A stretch of 34,553 nucleotides of DNA from a virus (lineage: Duplodnaviria; Caudoviricetes). Position 1 is the stretch's first letter. The number at the start of each line of letters is the position of its first letter. Where the stretch lies: IMG/VR virus record IMGVR_UViG_3300017766_002912, positions 1 to 34,553 of that record. One strand, given 5' to 3'. The translations under genes and the position numbers were made by a program. A model generated the notes under the pieces. The model was given only the letters and a program-made list of their open reading frames with translations. It had not been told where the DNA came from and made no database searches. Positions 18,301 through 25,900 of the stretch are shown in pieces.

Positions 18301-18369
18301 CCAGCAATACAGAGAAGAGGTTATGGACTTAGGGAAAATGGATCCTTGAGAAAACAATTCACTATATAA
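6349..18369 (+). CDS. gp7: Giant baseplate wedge initiator, gp7-like, 4006 aa
   Basis: Lies between gp6 and gp8. FYQSKGTEESFRILF near the N-terminus, QDNDYYQNLSYSIKS...VHISG centrally, many beta-rich repeats. Confidence 0.8.
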   Translation: MIETSFDTRVKIHQIVSNHLPEFLLEESPKTAEFLKQYYISQEFQSGTVDIVENLDQYLKLDNLTPEIIDGTTSLLSDIQIDSDTIVVSSTKGYPSEYGLLQIDDEIITYTGLTTNTFTGCIRGFSGITKYSNKNTTSLYLTQDNYKNDLVFSTSSSSTHSSGSTVINLSTLFLKEFYNKLKYSLAPGLENSDLANGLSINNFIKSARSFYQSKGTEESFRILFLVLYGIEPKLIDLENYLIKPSYARFIRREIVVAELVSDGDPLNLIGQTIKTSYDSTSQASVSEVEILTRRGKTYYKIYLFIGYDENDLIEGEFRISGKTKVLDNVSVGSSVISVDSTIGFPSSGVLISGNNNINYTSKNINQFFGCSGITEEISTTSDIRSSDIIYGYENGDTTKKVELRITGSLSKIENAESIVLSEKGDIIKVKNLGQKILNPSGDRSFKEIIANSFLYNTSTRHNVISITGSTFKLGHTIDKSSLKVGDKVDILVRGSTNTIVVSGASIYDVNLQNNEVILNNLQGFIPEVSKKYDIRRKINYAKSLNTSLEYGNDNTVSDVGNLYSDNDNVYVASNSLPSYTIDKKLVYSSIPTSYNTLVSEYFQFVVTNPSSSNYQKYSVISFDENVPFITGDEVVYLAENTELPGLSSGSTYYVEVIDDKKIRLYESRSFITGEENPNFVGFEPILGLNESHTFVLAKDAPKKISPQNILRKFNTTQNISENEKQETDTGNIGILVNGVEINSFKSNDKIYYGPLNEIEVINGGRDYDVVRPPIAQIQNPPGIGNTAALATITVEGNLKSILVDPQEFDIEGVVSVVISGGNGKNAIINPVIEKRYREVEFDARFLIDNGGIDPSTDETITFVSNHYFSNGDKIIYDSNGNTEVGIGTFLGSNATTNTLSNGSYYYAQVVNPKTVKLYSTLGDYKSGINTIGFSTAVSGGIHKFRTTEKKVISKITVLNQGEGYSNHKIYVKSSGISTSFNNIFFKSHHFNDGDIVVYENTGTQIPGLTTSNYYFVSKIDDDYFRICDAGTDKYNPNKENFDRKKYVGLTSTGSDYHIFKYPKIEVDVIVSYGSSFTNLSNIVSTPVVTGPIKYLNLYENGTSYGSDVVNFEKKPGITIKTGEYAQVSPYVKDGKIIKVNVLSTGQFYYSTPNLKINGEGTGCILRPVIVNNKLKSVVIINPGIGYVQETTTINVVPAGSGAILNSKVRYLTLDNHYRFGDEFLYKTLNNLEYTLISYTQTLASHLNDDGSKHSPIVGWAYDGNPIYGPYGYSEPYNSNSTVKQLVSGYILNSGNVYNRPEFLGGFFIEDYEFTGSGDLDQYNGRYCKTPEFPNGIYAYFVSSTSDEETSSFKSTYPYFIGPYYRSKKIDDNWSLTQDFDFNNSNLIRNTFPYQINEKNSDYEFYTESNEISKQLTEVKSTAKGKVSSFNIIDPGKDYKVGDACYFEVSDVESGQFTTTISKITGKDIYSLEISTEKYENVVLEWSSNYVVGYYEPYVSLLDYDRVTLTGIGTYISSLNGEKICNVKRDQTTLLSDMTSNVTPQEVEDIYVSKIPPTVSVGSTISIGNELLSVLNIFESGSILRVRRSDVGYAHTASDIITVLPNKFTIQSNTNYFNSKINSKIYFNPAQSAGIGTTSGIGIDLQQTVGGVTKDISVPTQSIRIENHPFKTGDSAILRKVATRSPIIVSNTPSSASFSLLYGATLEENVYIINKSKDLIGITTTLDNAFTTNGLFLLGPIPIEYDYSIETDYPQIKCEIQKIVGKIYTTEDHELTSGDLIDLNLTSNDSVGIGTSSSVKISYDPLSKTLLTNTTNFSSSNVNLSENCINIDGHSLKTGNKVFYSYSDSPISGLSSTGYFVYKIDDDNIQLAETYYDTQKQYPNIIKFLSTGGSYQRISLINPEIITERNNTVLFDVSDSSLDGYQLKLFYDSEFNKEFISVGLSTEINFTGVGTPGVAVNATYTLKYSSNIPEKLYYNLIKDGYPINNDDSVISASSIRFINNACNGSFSVSGIGSTEFTFNLPSLPSKLFYSGQNCDVLKYSTSSKSAKGGIDNLKILNNQFKYKELPSFVGSNSNSGTDANIIINTDNIGGVNEYLILDQGFDYASDKTLRPEASIPSVIFTSNSSEIKDFSITDGGFGYSSNPSVLLKNPYTNEIVNSGNLSCEVNSGTVSKINIDSPVKGLPAINHELVFINNSNGIGINSIQSSSGGIVTCTLVTPIVSGFINPPFEVGDDIFVENIEKDSVFGDGLNSADYGYSFFKVTSFVNTNPAVLEYNLSGVTTDPGIAKTSQLGYAIIVNKKNYPNVITNQIFSRFKKGEKLFCNSGNGFTEFDLIVEDSKDSYLKVSGPDLYKVKKGNILRGKESGVLSTVVTTVLNESKFEVNYSNTSSLGWSNDIGKLDELFQVVQDNDYYQNLSYSIKSPIEYNEFINPVNNLVHISGLKNFADTQIESKSSFVSYGGTSSQIIVVDVLSESRIDVNKNYSYSVDYDVLNDKSRYLKFNNLTLTDYISCSSNRVLKVDDVSKKFSNKSNDRDLFTNIYTYLEDTLFSKYIIQINDVTNNTYQLSENVVLFYDNNIFSFEKTSLKNSETRLGEITGEVDDYNTKTLRFTPQDPFDTDYDVKYVQTYFDNLDPKKIGINTESIGCIDLIGVSTSVGVGTTSTLITFPVTKNNGLVASVFVFDTVRFNFNFVEVIVDSDKSNTYLAEYYFDDTVGLSTNYIATFDSTIQSGILNLKVTNNINTKILVNANIVGFGSTASGIGTYRFRYDGQPEGSERSARFESNYVVSSGISTVFKFKTNEITGSKSLIRVSCGKTSSIHQLLCLQDNYNLYTTQYPFISSNSETGIGTFGAQYSGEYTVVSFYPDNNITGIVTIQSYNQLLYTFNDFENESLATNNTLNYGNVVESVKLAAYDGLNGPRANKVDFDLKYNGTPIFRKVFNPSDSSILDKETGIISIKDHFFNTGERLIYEAKSTFVGVGESSVGIGSTTNSVGIVTNILPSEVYAIKIDDDQFRLSTRRDYSLAGIYVTFTSTGEGNAHSLEMYKQFEKSVISIDGVVQKPLSYTPLYFQLANNGGQIGFTTNYFALSGISSISSGDVLKIDDEYVQVISVGFGLTSTGPITESGPYNIVYVNRGHVGTIATTHTDSTEVRVYRGSFNLKSSKIYFTQPPRGSARERRDFSNLPYPTSSFSGRVFLRKNYTNNILYDDISDGFTGLGSSYTLTVQGINTTGIETGSGVLFINGIFQTPSTKNNVGNNYTYEASAGITSVIFSGITSSNGQTIYTDFDVNQNQLPRGGLIVSLGSTPGLGYAPLVGASVTAVLNNITGAVVSVGLGTTDIIGSGYRSPVSIGITDPLHSGTAAVITANVGLGGTLSFNVVTPGSGYVSPSILVSEPSYENLPTTGVFRRGIGNTSETGKNLLVSVEVGGVATTGIGSTYFQVSSFRIARPGYGFQIGDIIKPVGLVTDRRLNSPISEFNITVLDTFSDSFASWQFGELDYIDSIKNLQDGNRRRFPLYYNGSLLSFQKDEETGVDIDLNSVLVIFVNGVLQEPGDAYQFEGGSSFIFTEPPKSSANVSIFFYRGTRNEDSSFVNIFETIKIGDTVRVNGTNYYENSDYQDPRIVEDIVQSDVIQTNLYSGPGIDPDNLRYFDWQKQKEDILINGDYVYKSRDSIESQVYPTARIIGDFNENSSAIFVDNVELFDYEENDFGVKINGYDVLIVNGTTPSEAKITTNVSAAGTISSLTIVDSGSGYTQTSPLQIKISAPKYIGVGIGTTAAANVTITNGTITGYTITNEGLGYSQVNPPQVIIPLPEVNYDKITLVRPNTLTQISRGFSGIITGITTSTGTSGNPLALKFFVRRKTSALTFFDLNVGYPIYVFNTNVGSGLTSIDSSNSSVVAIGTQYVDNIYYVHNIVKDGPNAVITANIKSNSNVTGISTYGPIENPVGNFSWGMLSNIESRLTNISIGVTGLIVDSGLSTFPAIQRRGYGLRENGSLRKQFTI
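10105..10430 (+). other. YHYH-like domain embedded in gp7
   Basis: HSPIVGWAYDGNPIYGPYGY...GDLDQYNGR...PEFPNGIYAYF matches the C-terminal half of the YHYH family. Boundaries are approximate. Confidence 0.7.
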
Positions 18370-18378
18370 ACAACTTAA

Positions 18379-18386
18379 TATAAATA
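18379..18386 (+). promoter_or_regulatory. T4 late promoter TATAAATA
   Basis: Exact consensus, intergenic, 18 nt upstream of gp8. Confidence 0.85.
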
Positions 18387-18404
18387 GATAAAAAATTCTT
18401 TAAA

Positions 18405-19961
18405 ATGTCTGCAATTGTAACCAATCAGTTTAGAATATTAAATGCAAATAATTTTGTAGATTCTATTAATGATGCAAATAATTCATATTATCTATTCTTG
18501 GGCCTAGCAAATCCTTCTACAGTAGTTGGATTTGGTAGAGATGCTAATTGGGATTCTAATGTACCTAATCCAATTGATAGTTTTGATTATTTAAATCATG
18601 TTAAAGACACTATGTTATTTGGATCAAGAATAACTGGTGCAAATGTAAGAAGATTAGTAAAAAGAATTGATTGGGTGAAGGGAACAAAATATGAAATGTA
18701 TCGCCATGATTATAGCGTTTTAAATCCCTCCCCAATTACAAAATCTGCAAATTTATATACCGCTAATTATTATGTCGTAAATCAAGATTATAGGGTCTAT
18801 ATTTGTATAGATAATGGATCGACGGGAATAAACAGCACTGGAAATGCATCAAAAGATGAACCTTTATTTACAGATCTGGAACCATCCAAAGCAGGTGAAA
18901 GTGGGGATGGATATATTTGGAAGTACTTGTATACAATTTCGCCAAGTGATATTATAAAATTTGATTCTACAGAATATATAACTGTTCCAAATGATTGGGA
19001 AACTAGCACAAATTCACAAATAGAATCTATTAGAGATAATGGCAATTCTGATGTAAATGAAAACCAAATAAAAAAAGTTTATATTGATAATCCTGGAGCA
19101 AATTATTCTAATGTTTTGGGTCAAGAAGTAGATATACTTGGTGATGGGACTGGTGGTAAAGTACTGATTGATGTTGAAGGTGGAAAGATAGTTAATACTA
19201 CGGTTTCATCTGGAGGTAAGGGATATTCTTATGGAATAGTTGATCTTGGAGCACTAAATTTATCAACAACAGCAACTCCAGCAAAGTTAATACCAATAAT
19301 TCCACCATCAAAAGGGCATGGATATGACATATATAAGGAGTTAGGAACTGATAAAATATTAGTATATTCTAGATTTGATGATTCCAATAAAGATTTTCCT
19401 GTAGATACAAAATTTGCTCAGATAGGAATTGTAAAAAATCCAGAATCTTCAACTTCGGAGACTTTATTTACAGGTAATTATTTTTCGGCATTATATGCTA
19501 TGAAGTTTAACTCTATTACTGGAACACCAGAAATAGGAGAAAAAATAACTCAATTATCCGAAGATGGATCTAGTAAAGCAAAAGGATATGTTGCTTCATA
19601 TGATGAAGAAACAATGGTTTTAAAATACTTTACTGATCGTTCATTATATTATAATCAAACAACTCTAGATCAAACTGATTATATTGGAATTTCAACAATA
19701 TCAAAATATGTTGATTTTGAATCAAGTGCAAATCCAGTAACTTCCGATTCATTTTCCGCATCTATTGATACTACATTTACAGATAGTTCGGTCAATCCAA
19801 CTGGAACAAAAATAATAGATCTTGGAGTATCTTTTACTGCTGGATTGGCAATTCCAGAAATAAATAAAAGATCTGGTGAATTAATTTACGTCGACAACAG
19901 ACCTATTATTTCAAGAAATCCCCGTCAAAAAGAAGATATTAAAATCGTCCTGGAATTTTAA
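18405..19961 (+). CDS. gp8: Baseplate wedge subunit gp8
   Basis: YRVYICIDN, DGYIWKYLYTI, SGELIYVDNRPII.R..RQKEDIKIVLEF. Confidence 0.92.
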   Translation: MSAIVTNQFRILNANNFVDSINDANNSYYLFLGLANPSTVVGFGRDANWDSNVPNPIDSFDYLNHVKDTMLFGSRITGANVRRLVKRIDWVKGTKYEMYRHDYSVLNPSPITKSANLYTANYYVVNQDYRVYICIDNGSTGINSTGNASKDEPLFTDLEPSKAGESGDGYIWKYLYTISPSDIIKFDSTEYITVPNDWETSTNSQIESIRDNGNSDVNENQIKKVYIDNPGANYSNVLGQEVDILGDGTGGKVLIDVEGGKIVNTTVSSGGKGYSYGIVDLGALNLSTTATPAKLIPIIPPSKGHGYDIYKELGTDKILVYSRFDDSNKDFPVDTKFAQIGIVKNPESSTSETLFTGNYFSALYAMKFNSITGTPEIGEKITQLSEDGSSKAKGYVASYDEETMVLKYFTDRSLYYNQTTLDQTDYIGISTISKYVDFESSANPVTSDSFSASIDTTFTDSSVNPTGTKIIDLGVSFTAGLAIPEINKRSGELIYVDNRPIISRNPRQKEDIKIVLEF

Positions 19962-19966
19962 ACAAA

Positions 19967-22900
19967 ATGGCACAAAAATTTAATCTAAACATAAATCCAT
20001 ATTATGATGATTTTGATAAGGATGATAATTTTTATCGAGTTTTATTTAAACCAGGATATCCTGTACAAGCAAGAGAACTAACGACTTTACAGTCTATATT
20101 ACAGAACCAGATTGAATCCTTCGGAAGCCACATATTTAAAGAAGGATCTATGGTTATTCCTGGATCTATTACATATGATGACAAATATTTTTCAGTAATT
20201 GTCGACCCAACGCATTTTGGCACTGAAATTTCCTTATACATTTCAGAACTGATAGGTAAAAAGGTTCAAGGACAAACCTCAGGTGCAATAGGTGTAATTA
20301 AGAATTTCAGTCTCCCTCCTGATGATGGTGTTGATAATATAACTTTATACGTAAAATATATTTCTTCTGGAGATGATTTTACAACATCTCGGTTTATCTC
20401 TGAAGAATCTTTAGTTCTTTTGGAGGAGAATATTGTCTATAGTGGAATAACGATTAACTTCGGAAACACAGTTGCAACAGTTTCTTCAGGCAATTCAACC
20501 TATACTGGATCTGCAGTTAATCTTGATAAAGGTGTATATTTTATTAGGGGAATTTTTATTGAAGTCCCCAATTCTGTAGTTATTCTGGATCCTTATTCTA
20601 ATCTAACTAGTTATAGAGTTGGATTAACCATACAAGAAGAATTAATAAGTTCTTTTGATGACTCATCTTTGAATGATAATGCTAAAGGATTTTCAAACTA
20701 TGCCGCACCAGGTGCAGATAGATTAAAAATAACAGCATTTTTATCTAAAAAATTATTAAACGATTATGACGATAAGAATTTCATTGAGATTGTCAGAATA
20801 CAGAATGGAACTATTAAGAAAATACAAGATACTACAACGTATTCATTAATTAAAGATTATATTGCAAAAAGAACATATGATGAATCTGGAGATTATTCCT
20901 TAAATCAATTTGATATTGAAGTATTAGAATCATTAAACGATAGAATATCAAATAATGGTGTATACTACGAAAATGAGACAACACAATCTAATGGAGTTCC
21001 GTCTGAAGATAGCGTATGCATAAAAGTTTCTCCAGGTAAAGCTTATGTGAGAGGATATGATGTTACCGTTCCTTCTTCGGTCCTTATAGATGTTCCAAAA
21101 CCAAGAGATACTAAAACTAGAGATAATACTTTAGTTCCTTTTAATATTGGAACATTATTAAAGGTCAATAATGTTTATGGAAATCCATATATTAATCTAA
21201 CTGATTCAGATAATATAATTAATCTTTATAATCAAAGATCATCATCAACATCTTCAGGAACTGGAACATTAATAGGAAAAGCTAGAGTATATTCTTTCAA
21301 TTTAAGTGATGCCCCATACACAAACTCATCATCTTCTTGGGATTTATATCTATATGATATTCAAACTTTTACTAGATTAGTTATTAATGAAACGCCTGCA
21401 GATAATTTAGTAGTAGGTTCTTATATACGTGGATCTAACAGTGGAGCTTCTGGATTTGTAAACTCAATAAATGGCAAAGAAGTTTATTTAATTCAAACCT
21501 CTGGAAAATTTTCTGTAGGAGAAAGTTTTTATATCAATGAATCTTTGTTTAACTCTAGATCCATAGTTTATATACAAGATTATACTTCTGATGATATAAA
21601 ATCAGTGTGGCAGGATTGTACAACTATTTCATCTGGAGCTTTAGCGACAGATTTTGTTGCAGATACTATTTTAGGAAGTAAAATTTCTTATGGATTTAGT
21701 CTTAGCGATCAAATAACAATCACTCCTTCTGGAGTCGTTTCGTGCGCAGGAAGAAACTTTTTAGGTATTAGAAGCGATACAATAATTCAATACCAGATAC
21801 CAGGTAATACCTTAGAAACTTTTAATAAGGTTGTTTCAGTTTCTTCTGATGGTCTTTCTATGACTGTCACATCTTGCCCTAATGTGGCGAATGTATGTAA
21901 TGGAAGTCTACCTGGAATAACCACATCAATTCCTTTTAAGGTTGGAGTTACAGATATAAGGAATAATTCAAAATATCCACTATATTCACCATTATTTGAT
22001 AGAAATATTTCCGAAGTTAATTTATCTAGTGCAAATTTAGTAGTTACTTCTCAAATAGATTCATTATCTACAGATGCTAGCGGAACTTTAACATCTAATG
22101 TTACCAATACTGGTATTAGTAATTCATTCTTTGAAAATTTTGATGCAGATAGATACTCTCTCTTCTATTCAGATGGTACAGTTGAAGATTTGACATATGA
22201 TCAATTCTCATTAAACAATGACGGAACTCAACTTACCATTACTGGATTATCTCCAAATCAAACTTCTAATGTAAGTTTAAATGCAACATTAAGAAAATCT
22301 ACTGTACAAAATGCAGTGAAAACTTATGTTAGAAGTGAAACACTAATTGTCTCTAATACTGCTTCTGGTTATAATTCTAACGTAACTGGATTAACAAGTA
22401 GTTTCTGGTATGGTACAAGGGTAGAAGATTTAGAAATATCATTAAATGTTCCAGATGCAACTAATGTTGTTGCAGTATATGAATCTCTTGATGCCCAAAC
22501 ACCTTCTCTAGATTCTTTAACTATAGTTGCTAGTTTAGGTTTAGATACAAAGTCGGTTATTGGAGAGAAAATAATAGGATCTTCTAGTGGTGCAGTTGCT
22601 CAACTAGTGACTAGAGATTCTTCATCAAAAGTTAGTTTTGTATATTTAAATTCAAATATATTCCAAATTGGAGAAACAATAACCTTTGATGAATCTGGAA
22701 TAATAACTGAAATACAAATAATTGAAAAAGGAAATTATATTAATAGAACTAATAATTTTATATTAGATAAAGGACATAGACAAGAATACTGCGACTATTC
22801 AAGAATAGTCAGAAAAGATTCTTCAGGAGCACCTTCTAAAAAACTTTTAATTGTATTTAATTATTTTGATGTCTTAGGAAACAATGGTGGAGATGTTGTA

Positions 22901-25900
22901 ACTGCAAATTCTTATGATGTCCAAAGATTTTCTAATGATGTTCCAATTTTACCGAGTGGCATTAGATCTACAGATACATTAGATTTCAGACCAAGAGTGG
23001 TTAAGTATATTAGTGGTAGTGGATCTCCATTTGACTTTAATGAAAGAGTTTTTGAAACCTCAATATCACCATCAAGTATTAAATCTGGAGAAAGCTCTTT
23101 AATTGGATACAATTATTACTTACCAAGAATTGATAGGGTTGTCTTAAACAGTTTAGGGCAAGTTTCTGTTATCGCTGGAACATCATCAGACACTCCAAAA
23201 CTTCCAGTGAATGTTGAGGATGCTATGGATTTAGGTAGCATCGAATTTCCGGCATATCTATACAATGTGAGAGATGCTAAGGTTAAATTAATTGATAATA
23301 AAAGATATACTATGAGGGATGTTGGAAAGTTAGAAGATAGGATTAAGAATTTAGAGATAGTAACCTCCCTTTCTTTACTCGAGTTAGACACTAAAACATT
23401 ACAAATTCAAGATTCTGATGGACTAACTCGATTTAAATCTGGATTTTTTGTTGATGATTTTAAAACTAGATCTTTAGTAGATTTTAAAAATCCAGACACT
23501 AAGGTTGATATCGACACAAATAATAGGGAAATGTCTTCCTGTACTGATAATTGGTCAATGAAGGCAGAGGTTGCATCTCAACTTAATATTGACATCTCAG
23601 TATTAGATTTTTCACAAAATATACCATTAATAGATTCAAATACATCAAAAACTGGAGATTTAATAACATTAAATTATATTGAGGAGGGTTGGATAGAGCA
23701 ACCATTAGCATCTGATGTAGAAAATATTAACCCATTCAGCGTCGTTGAGTATATTGGTAATATCAAATTAAGTCCAGCATCAGATAACTGGGTTAGAAAC
23801 ATTTATACCACTGAAGGAAGACTAGTATCAACAGGTGCTGAAAATATTTCCGACTATGTTGAAAGTATTCAAATTAATAGTGATGTCGATCCTTATTTGA
23901 GATCTAGAAATTATTCTTTTGTAGCAGATTCTTTAAAATCTTTCACCCAGCATTACCCATCTTTAGATGATGTTAGTTCTATAGATGTAATTCCAAAACT
24001 TTTGGAAATAACAATGGTTTCTGGTTCATTTACTAGTGGTGAAGATGTTGAGGGTTTTATTGGTGATAGAAAAGTAATTGCTTTTAGAACAGCAGTTTCC
24101 AATCATAAATTTGGTCCTTATGATGAACCATTGAGAATTTATAATAAAAGTCCATATGATAGAAATGTTACGGTACCAACATCATATTCTGCATCATCAA
24201 CATTATTGAATATTGATATTGAATCTTTGACTGAAGAATCTCTAACTTTATATGGAGGTTACATAACAACAGAAGTTATATTGATTGGTAAAACTAGTAA
24301 AGCAAGTGCAAAGGTTTCAAATATCAGATTAATATCCGATGAGGTTGGATATATTGTTGGATCATTCTTTATTAGAGATCCAAATTTCAACCCACCATTT
24401 AAATATAAATCTGGACAAAAGTTATTTAAATTATCTTCCATTTCCCCAGGAACAACCGTATTACCTGGAGACATTACTCTTTCTAGTACAGGATTTGGTG
24501 TTTTCAATAGTACTGGTATCATACAAACTCAAACAACAAATGTTGTTCAAGTTAGATATGAACCAACAGAACTCCCACCACCGCCAGAGCAAGAAGTAAA
24601 TATTGAATATGTTTATGTTCCAACTCAATCTACTAGCACTACTACTCCCACTACCACTGTCACTCCAACTGTTACTTCAACAACTAAAAAAAATGATGTA
24701 ATATACGTAAATAGTAGAGGAACTGTGTATGGAGATTATAATCAGAATTTATTAGTCAATCTTTATTATGGAGATAATCCTAAAAATAAAGATATTAAAG
24801 ATTTAGCTAAAGCTGCTGGTATAAAAAATTTAGATATTGGATCTAATGGGAATATTAGTCAAAAGCAAGGTAATAAAATTAGGAATTTTGTTGCAGATAA
24901 AAGAGATCTTAATTTATCTAGTGTAGTATCAATAAAGAGTCCAAAATCATTAGGTGGGCAAGGTGCAAAGGTAGGTGATAAGATTGCTTTACCAATAGCA
25001 CAACAACTATTGGCATCAAATTCTGGATCAACGGCAGGTAACACTGCAACTACAAGATCTAATAACAATAGCAATAAACAAACTAACCAAAATAATACTT
25101 CCAATAATAATAAAAAATGTAAGAAAAATGATCCACTTTCTCAAACATTTACTACTGAACCTGGAAATGGATTTTTCTTAACATCTGTAGATCTATTCTT
25201 TGCAACTAAAGATCCAGTAGAACAAGTAACAGTACAACTGAGAACTGTAGAATTAGGAACTCCAACAGATCTGCTCGTTCAAGATTATTCTAAAGTTATA
25301 TTAGACTCTGAAGATATTGTTGTTTCTGATGATGCTTCTTTAGCAACAAAAGTTACTTTCCCGTCTCCAATATATCTTCAAGGTGATACTGAATATGCAA
25401 TAGTTCTATTATCACCTACTACGGACAAATATCAAGTTTGGACTGGAACTATGGGTAGAAAAACCATAGAATCTAAGAATTTACCTGATGTTGAAAGTGT
25501 TGTTATTGGAAGACAATATTTGGGCGGAAGTCTGTTCAAATCACAAAATGGAACTATTTGGAGTCCAAACCAATATCAAGATATGAAATTTAAGATCTAT
25601 AGAGCTAAATTTACATCTCAAAGAGGACAGGTTGTTTTCTATAATCCATCACTACCTTTCAGCGATCAACCTTTAGATAATAATCCAGTTACAGTTTTAC
25701 CAAGAAAACTCAAAGTTGGAATTAGTACAACCAATACTCTTGGTACTATTTTGACAGTTGGCAGAAAAGTCAGCGAGGGTCCAAACATTGGAAATCCTGG
25801 ACCATATGGATACATTGAAAAAATAGGAGGTCCTTTAGATTTAGGAGGTTCTGGAGTAAGCATTTCTAATATTGGTGTTGGATACTCCAGTGGAACATAT

